Below, piece by piece: positions 21,515-31,763 of a DNA stretch of 64,000 nt. The notes below the pieces were generated by a model, which worked only from the letters and a program-made list of their open reading frames with translations, did not search any database and was not told where the DNA came from. Within the stretch, counting starts at the first letter, position 1. Each line of letters begins with the position of its first letter. Both the position numbers and the translations under genes were made by a program. The stretch is from Aquabacterium sp. (GTDB lineage: Bacteria; Pseudomonadota; Gammaproteobacteria; Burkholderiales; Burkholderiaceae_C), in the NCBI GenBank assembly GCA_030654395.1, contig JAURXM010000075.1, forward strand, positions 12,274 to 76,273. The letters run 5' to 3'.

Positions 21515-23058
21515 TCAGCATCCCGACCAGCTGCGGCAGTGTCACCTTCGCTGGTCGAGCCGCCCTCGCCCGCTGGTTTGCGGCGGCGACGTCGGCGCTT
21601 CTTCGCTGGTGCATCCCCTTCTGACGCGGACTCCCCCTCAGCGGGGGGCCGAACTTGGCGTTTAGCTTGGTCTTGCTGGCGAGCCACCTCAATGAGATCG
21701 CTGCGCTCATCGCTGTCAGCCAGGGAGAAGTCTTCCCACCATGTTGCCAGTTCGGCGTCAGCCTCACCCGAGGCTGCACGCAAGCGTAAAAAATCGAACG
21801 CAGCACGGAAACGTGCTTGCTCAACCAAGGTCATGGGGGCATTGCCCGATCGGCGATCAAAGCGAGGCTGCATGGTCCAGATTTCACGCATGTCACCCGC
21901 CAACTTACCGCGACCGGAGATGTCACCTATTCGGGCATCAAAGACAGCTTCAGTGGCCGACTGCAGGGCGGGGAATGTGGGTTCGCCTTGTGCTTTATTT
22001 TGCTTCCACAGCGCCAAAACGTCATGCCACAGCAGGCATGCAAGCAAAAAGCTTGGCGCCACTGGTTTACCTTCGGACACACGGCGGTCGGTATCGTTCA
22101 GTGCCAGCTTAATGAACTTATCACGCCCAGGAATGCTGCGGGTCTCATCAAACACGGCGTCCAAAATCGGGAACATGCCGCGATCCAAACCCTGCTTACG
22201 CAGCTGGTCCAGCGACGCTTGTGCATGGCCTGTTTGTAGCAGCTTGAGCATTTCGTCAAACAGACGTGACGGTGGCACGTTAGCCAACAACTCGGCCATT
22301 TTTTTGAGCGGAGCGCGGGTTTTAGGCTCAATTTCAAAGTCAAGCTTGGCTGCAAAACGCACGACCCGAATGATCCGAACAGGATCCTCTCGGTAGCGCG
22401 TTTCTGGATCACCGATCATACGCAGAACACGCTTTTTGGCATCTTTGATACCGCCGTGGTAATCGACCACCACGCCTGTGCGTGGGTCGTAGTACATGGC
22501 GTTGATCGTGAAGTCGCGGCGTGCAGCGTCCTGATCCTGAGGGCCCCAGACGTTATCGCGCAGCACCCGACCACTGGCGTCAACCACGTGGGTCTTATCA
22601 GCCAAGGTTTTCCGAGATGATTTCTCGTTACCCGCGACCTGCTCTGCCGCGCCCACATCGAGATAAGCCCGAAATGTCGAGACCTCGATGACCTCGTTTT
22701 CACGGCCTCGCCCGTACACCACGTGGACGATCCGAAACCGCCGGCCAATGATGAAGGCGCGGCGAAACAGACCTTTGACTTGCTCAGGGGTGGCGTTGGT
22801 GGCTACGTCGAAATCTTTAGGGCGCAAGCCCAGCAGCAGATCCCGCACCGCTCCGCCAACAATGTAGGCCTCGTAGCCTGCGTCTTGCAGCGTTTCGAGT
22901 ACTTTGCTGGCGCGCTCATCGACCAAACTCGGATCAATGCCATGCTCGCTAGCAGGGACGTCCACCCGCTTACCTGTCGGTGCGGTTTTGGCCGAGGCGC
23001 TCGCGCGCTTAGTGGCAGGGGTCTTGCCTAGAATCTTATTTATCAGGCTTTTGATCAT
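21511..23058 (-). CDS. pcnB: poly(A) polymerase I
   Basis: VGGAVRDLL..PKDFDVAT, IIGRRFRIVHV, RRDFTINA, EDPVR; pcnB-folK order. Confidence 0.96.
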   Translation of the reverse strand: MIKSLINKILGKTPATKRASASAKTAPTGKRVDVPASEHGIDPSLVDERASKVLETLQDAGYEAYIVGGAVRDLLLGLRPKDFDVATNATPEQVKGLFRRAFIIGRRFRIVHVVYGRGRENEVIEVSTFRAYLDVGAAEQVAGNEKSSRKTLADKTHVVDASGRVLRDNVWGPQDQDAARRDFTINAMYYDPRTGVVVDYHGGIKDAKKRVLRMIGDPETRYREDPVRIIRVVRFAAKLDFEIEPKTRAPLKKMAELLANVPPSRLFDEMLKLLQTGHAQASLDQLRKQGLDRGMFPILDAVFDETRSIPGRDKFIKLALNDTDRRVSEGKPVAPSFLLACLLWHDVLALWKQNKAQGEPTFPALQSATEAVFDARIGDISGRGKLAGDMREIWTMQPRFDRRSGNAPMTLVEQARFRAAFDFLRLRAASGEADAELATWWEDFSLADSDERSDLIEVARQQDQAKRQVRPPAEGESASEGDAPAKKRRRRRRKPAGEGGSTSEGDTAAAGRDAE

Positions 23059-23723
23059 GCAAACAATCGAAGAATGCGCCAGCCACGTTCACGGGCTAAA
23101 GCGTCCAGCACGGGGCTGGGGTTGGTTGCCACCGGATCGTTGGCACGCTCCAGCAATGGCAGGTCGTTGGGAGAGTCGCTATAGAAGCTCACACGGTCGA
23201 AATCACTCAATTGCCGACCTTGCTCAGACAGCCATTGTTCCACACGTGTGATTTTCCCCTCGCGAAAGGACGGTACGCCATCAATATCACCTGTCACACG
23301 TCCCCGCTCGTCACGCTGGAGCTTAACCGCCAACAGCTCAGACACACCAAAGGCATCAGCGATAGGTCGGGTCACGAACTCATTGGTGGCGGTGACGATA
23401 GCCAGCAAATCACCTTGCGCACGGTGCTGCTCAACCAGTGCCAAGGCTTGAGGCGTCAGCGCCGGCAAGATGACGGCCGCCATGAAGGCCTGCTGGAGTG
23501 CGCACTGAGCAGCGTCATCAAGTTCTCGCCAGATGCTGGTCGTGAACGCAATGTACTCACCCAAAACCAATGTGCCGTCGCAATATTGCTGATAAAAACC
23601 ATCATTGCGTTGGCGATAAGTAACCGGATCAGCCAGTCCTTGACGGATCAAAAATTCGCCAAACTCATGGTCTGAGTCCAGCGGCAGCAAGGTGTGGTCT
23701 AGATCAAACAAACATAGATTCAT
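23055..23723 (-). CDS. HAD-IB family hydrolase
   Basis: FDLDHTL, VTATN, GK, FYSDSPNDLPLL. Confidence 0.92.
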   Translation of the reverse strand: MNLCLFDLDHTLLPLDSDHEFGEFLIRQGLADPVTYRQRNDGFYQQYCDGTLVLGEYIAFTTSIWRELDDAAQCALQQAFMAAVILPALTPQALALVEQHRAQGDLLAIVTATNEFVTRPIADAFGVSELLAVKLQRDERGRVTGDIDGVPSFREGKITRVEQWLSEQGRQLSDFDRVSFYSDSPNDLPLLERANDPVATNPSPVLDALARERGWRILRLFA

Positions 23724-24448
23724 GTGGGCTCCAGGGCCAGCATCTGTTTCAACAAAGGCACGGTTACCACGCGATGCTCAGCCAAGGCAAAGCGGTCTAG
23801 TCGGTCCAGCAAGCCCATCAAAAAGCCGAGATCGCGGCTGTAGCGCGTCAACAGGTAGTTCAATACCTCATCACCCAAAGCGATGCCACGACGCCCTGCT
23901 TCATGGTGAAGCGCCGCACGCAAGCCATCATCATCAAGCGATGACAAGGCAAAGCTCACCCCCCACCCTAGGCGAGTTCGCAAGTCATCACGCACCGGCA
24001 GGTCAACCGATGGCACTGCGCCCGCAGCCATGATGTAGAGCAGGCCAATGTCGCTCTCCAGATGCTGCCCGCTGGCCATCAATGCGGCCGCACTGGCGGA
24101 CTCGATGAAGAGATTGAAGGCCAGATGTTGGTGCTCCGCGCTGAGTTGCTCGCACTCATCAATGAGGGCCAAAGTCGGAGCCGAGGGATCAGCCGCATCC
24201 CACATCTGACAGGTTTGCGCGTTCAACCAGATCGCGCCATAACCCATAGAGATGGCTCGCTCAATCATGGCACGCAACAAGTGCGTCTTGCCCGCCCCAG
24301 CTGCACCCCAGATATAGGCTGGAGACAAGGGACCGCTCACTTGGGGCCACTGACGCAGCCAACTGAGTAATTCGTCGTTGCGCCCAACGATGAAATCGTC
24401 CAGTCCCTGCATGACTGTTGGCCCCAAATCCAATGGGATTTGACGCAT
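23720..24448 (-). CDS. hda: DnaA regulatory inactivator Hda
   Basis: Clamp-binding QIPL motif, GAAGAGKTHLL, DLRTRLGWG, VTVPLLK. Confidence 0.9.
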   Translation of the reverse strand: MRQIPLDLGPTVMQGLDDFIVGRNDELLSWLRQWPQVSGPLSPAYIWGAAGAGKTHLLRAMIERAISMGYGAIWLNAQTCQMWDAADPSAPTLALIDECEQLSAEHQHLAFNLFIESASAAALMASGQHLESDIGLLYIMAAGAVPSVDLPVRDDLRTRLGWGVSFALSSLDDDGLRAALHHEAGRRGIALGDEVLNYLLTRYSRDLGFLMGLLDRLDRFALAEHRVVTVPLLKQMLALEPT

Positions 24449-24510
24449 CAGCACAGGCAGCTGCAGGCACCCATCGACCGACTCCAAACTGTGCATGTGC
24501 AATCCGCCCC

Positions 24511-25593
24511 TTATTTGGCGAGGTAAAACGCACTGCACTGGTAGGCTAGAACAAGACGCCGACCCAGCACCATCAAAAAAGCCGCTGACGGCAAGGCAAT
24601 GATGACACCCCACAGGCCCATCCAATGCCCAAAGAGCATCAACGCCAAGATCACACCCAAGGGGTGCAAACCAATCCGCTCGCCCACCATTCGGGGTGTC
24701 AGGAAGGCGCTTTCAATGAGTTGCCCCAAACCATAAATGATGGACACAGCAACCAGCGGAAACGTCACACCGTCTGCTGTCGCAGTAAATTGCAGCAAGC
24801 CAGCCAAAATGGCCAACATCAACCCAAGCCCATATCCTAAGTACGGGATGCAAATGGCCAAGCCTGTGAAGACACCAATTGGCAGTGCCAATTTGAACCC
24901 AAATAAGGTCAACGCGAGACTGTAGTACACAGCAAGAATCAGCATCACCATAAACTGTCCGCGCAGGTATCGCCCCATTAGATCATCACACTCCAGCATC
25001 AAACCGCGTGCTGTGGGCAGCCAACGTGGCGGCAGCAAATGACTGAAGCGCACCATCAGACTGTGCCAGTCCAGCAACCAGTAAAAAGCCAACATCGGCA
25101 CCAATACGGTCAATCCGAGCACGTTGATCAAACTGCCACCCCCCACTAGGACGGATGTCCACACGGCACCGCTCCATTGAGCAATGTGGCTTTGCATCAG
25201 CTTGACAAGCTCATCTTTGAACCCATCCACACTGGTCGGCACCACCACACCCCAGTGAGTCAGAAAGGGTGTCACGCTGCGCCACAATCCGACCAGCATG
25301 TCTGGCAACCTATCACGCAGCATCGGTGCGAGTTGCGACACGATCGGCACCAACAACACGAACAAGACGGCAGCAACCAAGCCCACAAGCGCCAAGCAAA
25401 CAGCAATGGCGACTGGCCTGGGCACACGAGAGCGCACTAAACGATCGACAACCGGATGCAGCGCAAATGCCAGCACCAAGCTCAAAGCAAAGGGCGCCAG
25501 AATGGCGGCATGCCACCACAGCACGCCAAGCAGAGCGCCCATGGCCAATAGGCGCATGAAAAGGACAGAAGGGGGGGTGTTTGTAAGAGGCAT
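24511..25593 (-). CDS. AI-2E family transporter (PerM-like)
   Basis: YLRGQ, IPYLG, LTPRMVGERIGLHP; multi-TM. Confidence 0.9.
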   Translation of the reverse strand: MPLTNTPPSVLFMRLLAMGALLGVLWWHAAILAPFALSLVLAFALHPVVDRLVRSRVPRPVAIAVCLALVGLVAAVLFVLLVPIVSQLAPMLRDRLPDMLVGLWRSVTPFLTHWGVVVPTSVDGFKDELVKLMQSHIAQWSGAVWTSVLVGGGSLINVLGLTVLVPMLAFYWLLDWHSLMVRFSHLLPPRWLPTARGLMLECDDLMGRYLRGQFMVMLILAVYYSLALTLFGFKLALPIGVFTGLAICIPYLGYGLGLMLAILAGLLQFTATADGVTFPLVAVSIIYGLGQLIESAFLTPRMVGERIGLHPLGVILALMLFGHWMGLWGVIIALPSAAFLMVLGRRLVLAYQCSAFYLAK

Positions 25594-25645
25594 CAGCGCG
25601 CCATTTTATAGCGCCGACTGACACCGTGCGAGGCGCCTGTCCAGA

Positions 25646-26380
25646 TCAATTCTTGCTGGCGTACACGGCGCGCCTTGCCGTCTCAAGATCATCCGAGAGC
25701 TTGCTCGGACTGCGTTGAGGTTCAGGCCTAGACTGATAGTCAGCCAAAATGGCGGCCTCACGTTGCTTGTATTCTTTTATCAGGTCCGCGTCACGTGCTT
25801 GCTGCCTGACATCGAGCTTCGGGGCAGCCGCACTGAGAGCTGCCTGGGCACGCTCGAGCTTTTGCTTGCGAACGTCCTCATTGGGCTCAAGGTCGGCCAG
25901 CAAGGCGGCTTGCAGCATCTGAGCCTCGCCCATCATCAACTCGCCCTGACTCATGCGCTCAGGCACCTGCTCTAGCAGACGCATGGCCAATTGATGCCTC
26001 GTTGCAACATCCGGTCCATCTTGCAGTTTTTGCCATTGCTCGAAACCTTTTTGGAAGCGCAAATACCTGACCACACGCTCTAACTCTGTGCGTGGATTGG
26101 GCGTCTTGGACATGGCGTCTTTCAAGGCAGCCCAATCTTCTGGCGTGAAATCAGACGGGCGACCATCCTCCAGCATCTTAGGCGGCACCAACAAAGCCAC
26201 ATCCGCTTTCACTGCAGTTTTAACAACAACAGGCGCAGGCGCGTCAGACGCAGATGCGCCGTTAGCCGTGCCTGTTGCACGTGTTTGCAGCCACCACGCA
26301 CCCACACCCACACCGGCGCCAAGCGTCAATGCCAAAAACCAAGTGCGCTGCCAGAGCTTGGAGCTTTCGTAAGTGATCAT
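25646..26380 (-). CDS. membrane-anchored helical protein, possibly PlcR-like lipase/phospholipase accessory
   Basis: N-terminal TM, Ala/Pro linker and helical domain ending EYKQREAAI...LETARRAVY; family call from recollection only. Confidence 0.45.
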   Translation of the reverse strand: MITYESSKLWQRTWFLALTLGAGVGVGAWWLQTRATGTANGASASDAPAPVVVKTAVKADVALLVPPKMLEDGRPSDFTPEDWAALKDAMSKTPNPRTELERVVRYLRFQKGFEQWQKLQDGPDVATRHQLAMRLLEQVPERMSQGELMMGEAQMLQAALLADLEPNEDVRKQKLERAQAALSAAAPKLDVRQQARDADLIKEYKQREAAILADYQSRPEPQRSPSKLSDDLETARRAVYASKN

Positions 26381-26534
26381 GGACAAAGTGTTTGCCAAAT
26401 ATGGACGCGATGCTGCGATTGTCCGTACAACACCCAATCGGACAACTTGGGACAAACCCATGCGCGGGACGGTCATTTTCGTGGTGAATCGCAAGCACTA
26501 CACTTGCGCCCTGTTGTGACACCGCATTTTCAGC

Positions 26535-27149
26535 ATGAACATCACCACCACCGATCCCCGCCTGTTGGCAGCCTTGGGCGCGATGATCGCCTATTTCATA
26601 GGCTCACTGTCGTTCGCCATCATCGTGAGTCGACTCTTTAAGCTCTCTGACCCTCGCAGCTATGGGTCAGGCAACCCTGGTGCCACCAATGTGCTGCGAT
26701 CTGGCAACAAAGCCGCGGCCATTCTCACGCTGCTGATGGATGCGCTAAAGGGTTATATCCCAGTCATGGTTGCGCAACACATGGGATTGAACTCATTGAC
26801 GGTTGCAGCCATTGGCTTAGGCGCATTTATCGGGCACCTGTGGCCTATTTTCTTCAAGTTTGAAGGTGGTAAAGGGGTGGCAACCGCAGCAGGGGTGCTG
26901 CTTGGTTTTGCACCAGCCTTGGGTGGCCTCGTGCTGCTGACTTGGTTGACTATGGCGGTGGTGTTTCGCTACTCTTCTCTGGCTGCATTGACTGCCGCAT
27001 TGGCTGCGCCGGTGATTCAAGTTTTCGGATGGGGCATGAACCCTTTGACCATCAGCACCATCGTCATGAGCCTGCTGTTGATTTGGCGTCATGAGGCCAA
27101 TATACGCAAACTGATTGCGGGGCAAGAAAGCAAGCTAGGTCAAAAATGA
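26535..27149 (+). CDS. plsY: glycerol-3-phosphate acyltransferase PlsY
   Basis: GSGNPGATNVLR, D.LKG, GHLWPIF..F.GGKGVAT, RHEANI. Confidence 0.96.
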   Translation: MNITTTDPRLLAALGAMIAYFIGSLSFAIIVSRLFKLSDPRSYGSGNPGATNVLRSGNKAAAILTLLMDALKGYIPVMVAQHMGLNSLTVAAIGLGAFIGHLWPIFFKFEGGKGVATAAGVLLGFAPALGGLVLLTWLTMAVVFRYSSLAALTAALAAPVIQVFGWGMNPLTISTIVMSLLLIWRHEANIRKLIAGQESKLGQK

Positions 27150-27571
27150 CAAGGTCTGAGCACCCAACTGGTCTGCGGCAAAATTGGCTGAGTTTGGTGC
27201 TCATGCTGGTGGTGCTCGTTGGCGGCAGTCAGTCATGGGCCTGGTGGCGCGAGCAGCAATCGGCCAGATTGATCAAGCAACTCGCCTTGCCCGACAGCAT
27301 CACGCTGTTCACGACGTCGACCTGCCCGTATTGCACCCAAGCACGCCAATGGCTCAAACAGCATGAGGTGCCTTGGGTGGAATGCAATATCGATACAAAC
27401 CAAGCCTGCTTGCGCCAGTTCGAGTCCCAAGGTTCACCGGGCGTGCCGCTTGTATTGGCTAACGGCCATTGGCAGATCGGTTTTGACGTGGCTTGGCTTG
27501 CACAAGCCTTGCAAAAAACGCCCCCAGCGGTTCAGGTCAAACCCAACGCAGAGACATCTCCTCGCCCCTGA
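27146..27571 (+). CDS. glutaredoxin-family protein, membrane anchored
   Basis: CPYC motif, GVP, IGF. Confidence 0.85.
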   Translation: MTRSEHPTGLRQNWLSLVLMLVVLVGGSQSWAWWREQQSARLIKQLALPDSITLFTTSTCPYCTQARQWLKQHEVPWVECNIDTNQACLRQFESQGSPGVPLVLANGHWQIGFDVAWLAQALQKTPPAVQVKPNAETSPRP

Positions 27572-28158
27572 CGAATCACATCCGCACCACCCTGACTCAG
27601 ATCGATCACCGTAGTGGGCTCCATGTGGCAAGCGCCGGAGTCGACCACTGCTTGAATGTGTTTTTGCAATGCCTCACGGATGTCCTGCGGGTCATTCAGG
27701 GGCAAATCCTGCCCAGGCAGGATCAAGGTTGTGGCCAGCAGTGGTTGGCCCATCACACCCAACAGCGCCTGCGCGACGCGGTGATCAGGGACACGCAAGC
27801 CGATGGTGCGCCGAGAGGGGTGTGATACCCGACGAGGCACCTCCTTGGTCGCCTCCAAAATAAAGGTGTAGGGGCCGGGCGTAGCCAGTTTCAGCAGCCG
27901 ATACTGGCTGTTATCAACTCGCGCATAGTTTGCGAGCTCAGAAAGATCCCGGCACAGCAAGGTCAAGTGATGGCGCTCGTCCACACCACGAATGCGGCGC
28001 ATGGCATCAACCGCCGCCTTATCGTCCAGATGACAGACCAAGGCGTAGCTAGAATCGGTCGGTATCGCCACCACACCGCCTTTGTTGAGCAAGTCGACAG
28101 CTTGTTTAAGCAATCGCGGCTGGGGGTGTTCAGGGTGGACTTCAAAAAGTTGGGCCAT
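27532..28158 (-). CDS. Sua5/YciO/YrdC family protein (YciO-like)
   Basis: PTDSSYAL, TPGPYTFIL, TIGLRVP, EPTTVIDL. Confidence 0.92.
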   Translation of the reverse strand: MAQLFEVHPEHPQPRLLKQAVDLLNKGGVVAIPTDSSYALVCHLDDKAAVDAMRRIRGVDERHHLTLLCRDLSELANYARVDNSQYRLLKLATPGPYTFILEATKEVPRRVSHPSRRTIGLRVPDHRVAQALLGVMGQPLLATTLILPGQDLPLNDPQDIREALQKHIQAVVDSGACHMEPTTVIDLSQGGADVIRQGRGDVSALGLT

Positions 28159-28180
28159 AGGCCGCTAGCCTACCGCGTCT

Positions 28181-29038
28181 TTAAGGGTGAAGCACCCGCG
28201 AGGCCAAAGCATCCCACACTGGCGTCAAATGACCCGGTAAATTCGGCAATTTACCCAAGTCTGTGTGGCTCTCAGTTGGATCGTGGAAATCAGAGCCACG
28301 TGAGGCCAGTAAATCAAACTCCACAGCCATGTCCGCGTACTTACCGTACTCTGACACCGTGTGACTACCTGTCACGACTTCCACACCCTGACCACCGTGG
28401 CCCTTGAACGTGGAGAACAAGGCGAATTCTTCATTGGGTGTAAAGCCATAGCGCCCCGGATGCGCTATCACGGCGACGCCACCCGCACCCACGATCCAGC
28501 GGATCGCGTCAGACAAGCTGGCCCACCGATGCTCAACGAAGCCAGGTTTGCCTTCAACCAGATACCGGCGGAAAACCTCATGCGGATCAGTGCATACGCC
28601 GATCTCAACCATGTAGCGCGCAAAGTGCGTGCGAGAGATCAGATCAGGGTTGCCCACGTACTTCAAGGCACCTTCAAAAGCACCAGGGATGCCCACTCTG
28701 GCCAAGTCTTCACCCATGTCACGCGCCCTGCGTTCACGGCCAGCACGGGTGTCAGCCAAACCATGACACAAGGCCGCATCATCTGGGTCAAAACCCAAAC
28801 CAACGATGTGCACTGTTTTGTGGAGGAATGTGACCGATATCTCCACGCCAGGCAGATAGGCCATGCCCAAGGCAGCTGATGCGGCGTGGGCGCGATGTTG
28901 GCCGCCAATCTCGTCATGATCTGTTAACGCCAATAGATCGACCCCGTTGAGATGGGCTCTGGCGGCCAGATCCTCTGGCGACAAAGTGCCGTCAGATACA
29001 TTGGAATGGCAGTGAAGATCGGCGTTCATTAAATGCAT
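28181..29038 (-). CDS. PHP-domain phosphoesterase (YciV/RNase AM-like)
   Basis: DLHCHS..SDG, LTDHD, GVEIS, AHPGRY, GSDFH. Confidence 0.92.
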   Translation of the reverse strand: MHLMNADLHCHSNVSDGTLSPEDLAARAHLNGVDLLALTDHDEIGGQHRAHAASAALGMAYLPGVEISVTFLHKTVHIVGLGFDPDDAALCHGLADTRAGRERRARDMGEDLARVGIPGAFEGALKYVGNPDLISRTHFARYMVEIGVCTDPHEVFRRYLVEGKPGFVEHRWASLSDAIRWIVGAGGVAVIAHPGRYGFTPNEEFALFSTFKGHGGQGVEVVTGSHTVSEYGKYADMAVEFDLLASRGSDFHDPTESHTDLGKLPNLPGHLTPVWDALASRVLHP

Positions 29039-29085
29039 GACCTCATGCTATCAAGCTCGCGCGACGCTGTGCTGCGTCCCCAAAA

Positions 29086-29478
29086 TTAACCCCACCGAGG
29101 AGTGGCTCTAGCAGACGCCGCCCAAGCTTGCAAAGAGGCCAAAGTCAACTCTCTGACCAGCTGCTCATTGACAGGCTGGCGATAACGCACCTTGATGTGC
29201 CGCATGCCACGGCCGGCGCCATCCAACTCAGGGAACTCTCTCACCAGCATGACGCCATTGAATATTTGCAGATGCGCGTTCACATTGTGGAGCACCAACG
29301 CCATCATGTTGTTGCCATCGTTCATGAAGCACAGGTTGCCCCACTTGACCTCAGGGCACAAGAAAGGCGCGGCTTCCAAAATGGCTTTTTGTATAGCCTG
29401 TCCAGTTGCGCGTTGCTCTGGGCGCAAGCTGTCATAAAAAGCGTTGATCAACGCGGGGGATTGGAGCGGTCTGCGCAT
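29086..29478 (-). CDS. DUF1801-domain protein
   Basis: EVKWGN, LDGAGRGMRHIK. Confidence 0.75.
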   Translation of the reverse strand: MRRPLQSPALINAFYDSLRPEQRATGQAIQKAILEAAPFLCPEVKWGNLCFMNDGNNMMALVLHNVNAHLQIFNGVMLVREFPELDGAGRGMRHIKVRYRQPVNEQLVRELTLASLQAWAASARATPRWG

Positions 29479-29754
29479 GGAGGGGTAGGACCAAAAGGGG
29501 GTACAACACTGACACCAATGCGCAAATTCACTCCCCCCCTCCGAAGCACGGAGCTTCAGTGTGAATGCGCAGCCTTTACGGCCACCTACTGCCTGTGTTT
29601 TTCATCAGGACGGTGTTCATGTATGCACCCGCTTTAGCAGCGTAGGTGACCTCAGCGCGTCTTTTGCGCTTGATGTCTCTGTCGCCATTGTAACGGATCG
29701 TAATGAACGCCGTCCTTCAAAAAGGGCGGGTACTGATGTATCGGTTGATCCGGG

Positions 29755-30324
29755 TCAGGTTTTAGGCAGCGTGACGCCGACTTGGCCTTGATATTTGCCA
29801 CCTCGGTCACGGTAACTGGTTTCGCACACTTCATCGCTCTCAAAAAACACCACTTGAGCACACCCCTCGCCAGCGTAAATCTTGGCGGGCAACGGTGTGG
29901 TGTTGCTGAACTCCAAAGTGACGTAGCCCTCCCACTCAGGCTCAAACGGGGTCACGTTGACAATGATGCCGCAGCGAGCATAGGTGCTCTTGCCTAGGCA
30001 AATCGTCAACACGCTGCGTGGGATGCGGAAGTACTCCACAGTCCGAGCCAAGGCGAAGCTGTTGGGTGGGATGATGCAGCAGTCACCTTTAAAGTCGACG
30101 AAGCTTTTTTCATCAAAGTTCTTCGGGTCAACCACCGTTGAGTGAATGTTCGTGAAAATCTTGAATTCGTCAGCGCAGCGGATGTCATAGCCGTAGCTGC
30201 TGGTGCCATAGCTCACAATTTTTTGACCATCGGCTGCTACACGAACCTGGCCTGGCTCAAACGGCTCGATCATGCCGTGTTCTTGGGCCATCTGGCGAAT
30301 CCAGCGGTCTGACTTGATGCTCAT
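29755..30324 (-). CDS. dcd: dCTP deaminase
   Basis: [30 protein letters not shown]. Confidence 0.97.
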   Translation of the reverse strand: MSIKSDRWIRQMAQEHGMIEPFEPGQVRVAADGQKIVSYGTSSYGYDIRCADEFKIFTNIHSTVVDPKNFDEKSFVDFKGDCCIIPPNSFALARTVEYFRIPRSVLTICLGKSTYARCGIIVNVTPFEPEWEGYVTLEFSNTTPLPAKIYAGEGCAQVVFFESDEVCETSYRDRGGKYQGQVGVTLPKT

Positions 30325-30401
30325 ACTTGCTCCTAATTTGCTGGCGTGATTGTGCTTGATCACGAGGGTGTCTTTATCCATATGACAGCAACAAACCTCA
30401 C

Positions 30402-30472
30402 AGCACCACAATCGTGCAACCACTTGCGCACCAAAACCACCACATGCACCACATGCTGGCACGGTTCTAGCT
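30402..30472 (+). promoter_or_regulatory. NtrC-like site plus sigma54 promoter of the nitrate transporter
   Basis: AGCACCACAATCGTGCA (30402-30418) and TGGCACGGTTCTAGCT (30457-30472) with correct -24/-12 spacing. Confidence 0.75.
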
Positions 30473-30529
30473 TTACATAAGCTCAAGATTCGGCGCAACG
30501 GATGACGTCGAACAATCGCTGAGGCAAAA

Positions 30530-31744
30530 ATGAGTGATTTCAAAACATTCCTAAAGTCAGGTCATACGCCGACCTTGGTCGCATCTTTTCTCTACTTCGC
30601 ATTTTCATGCTGCATTTGGGTGCTCAACGGTGCGATGGCACCCTTCATCAGCGAAGACCTGAATCTGACAGCAGCCCAAAAAGGCTTGATGTTGTCGGTG
30701 CCCATTTTTGCCGGTGCCCTGATGCGATTTCCATTGGGCATCTTGGCCCAATACATTGGACGCAAGTCGGCCACGTTGGTTGAAATGGGCTTGATCGCTG
30801 TCGCCATGCTGTTTGGCTACTTTTTTGTGCATACGTTCAACGACTTGTTGGCCATGGGCACCTTATTGGGGATTGCTGGCGCCAGCTTTGGTGTCGCGTT
30901 GTCACTGGGGTCAGGCTGGTTCCCTCCCAAGCACAAGGGCTTGGCCATGGGCTTGGTTGGCGCCGGCAACATTGGCACAGCCGTCTCCGTGTTGATCGCC
31001 CCGCCACTGGCTCTGGCATACGGGTGGCAGACGGTATATGGTCTGGCTGCTATCGCCATTTGCTTACCCATGATCGTGATGATCGTGTTTGCAAAAGAGC
31101 CCCCAGATCGTGATGAACACGCCACTTTCAGAGAGCAAATCGCTTGTTTGTTCGAAAAAGACGGCTGGGCATTCAGCATCATCTACGGCGTGACGTTTGG
31201 TGGATTCATAGGCCTGATCTCGTTCCTGCCAAGCTATTACTACGACCAATTCCACGTCAGCAAGGTACAGGCAGGTCAATTGACCATGCTGGCTGCTTTC
31301 ATGGGCGCAGCGCTGCGTATCTTTGGTGGCTGGATATCGGATCGCTGGGGTGGTGTCAACACGTTAACTGCGGTCATCATCACCGTTGCCATCACCTTGG
31401 TGATGGTCGGCCTGGCAGATCAGTCCTTGGCAGCCACCACGTTGCTGCTGATGCTGTGCTTTGCCGCACTGGGTGCAGGCAATGGCGCCGTTTTCCAACT
31501 GGTGCCGCTTCGCTGGCCATTGTCTACAGCCGTAGCCGGGTCCATGATCGGTGAAGTCGGTGCGTTAGCCGGCGGGTTGGTGCCTAATGCGATGGGCCTG
31601 TCCAAGCAATACAGCGGCACTTATCTGTGGGGCTTTGTCTCTATCGCTGTGATGGCTGTCGTGGCCCTGATGATCATGCGTGTCATGCAGGTTCGCTGGA
31701 CACGCACTTGGGCTGAGAAGGGTGGCCGCGCACGCACGGCCTGA
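30530..31744 (+). CDS. MFS nitrate/nitrite transporter (NarK/NasA family)
   Basis: [37 protein letters not shown]. Confidence 0.93.
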   Translation: MSDFKTFLKSGHTPTLVASFLYFAFSCCIWVLNGAMAPFISEDLNLTAAQKGLMLSVPIFAGALMRFPLGILAQYIGRKSATLVEMGLIAVAMLFGYFFVHTFNDLLAMGTLLGIAGASFGVALSLGSGWFPPKHKGLAMGLVGAGNIGTAVSVLIAPPLALAYGWQTVYGLAAIAICLPMIVMIVFAKEPPDRDEHATFREQIACLFEKDGWAFSIIYGVTFGGFIGLISFLPSYYYDQFHVSKVQAGQLTMLAAFMGAALRIFGGWISDRWGGVNTLTAVIITVAITLVMVGLADQSLAATTLLLMLCFAALGAGNGAVFQLVPLRWPLSTAVAGSMIGEVGALAGGLVPNAMGLSKQYSGTYLWGFVSIAVMAVVALMIMRVMQVRWTRTWAEKGGRARTA

Positions 31745-31763
31745 TCTCTCAGTCGCTGGCTGA

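Noticed and set aside
29590-29615. CTGATGA on the minus strand suggesting a hammerhead ribozyme
   Set aside because: No stem II followed by GAAA and no properly placed cleavage triplet.
30488-30513. Hairpin with CAACGGA loop in the nitrate transporter leader as an ANTAR motif
   Set aside because: Only one hairpin, the loop is not a clean hexaloop, and there is no downstream terminator.
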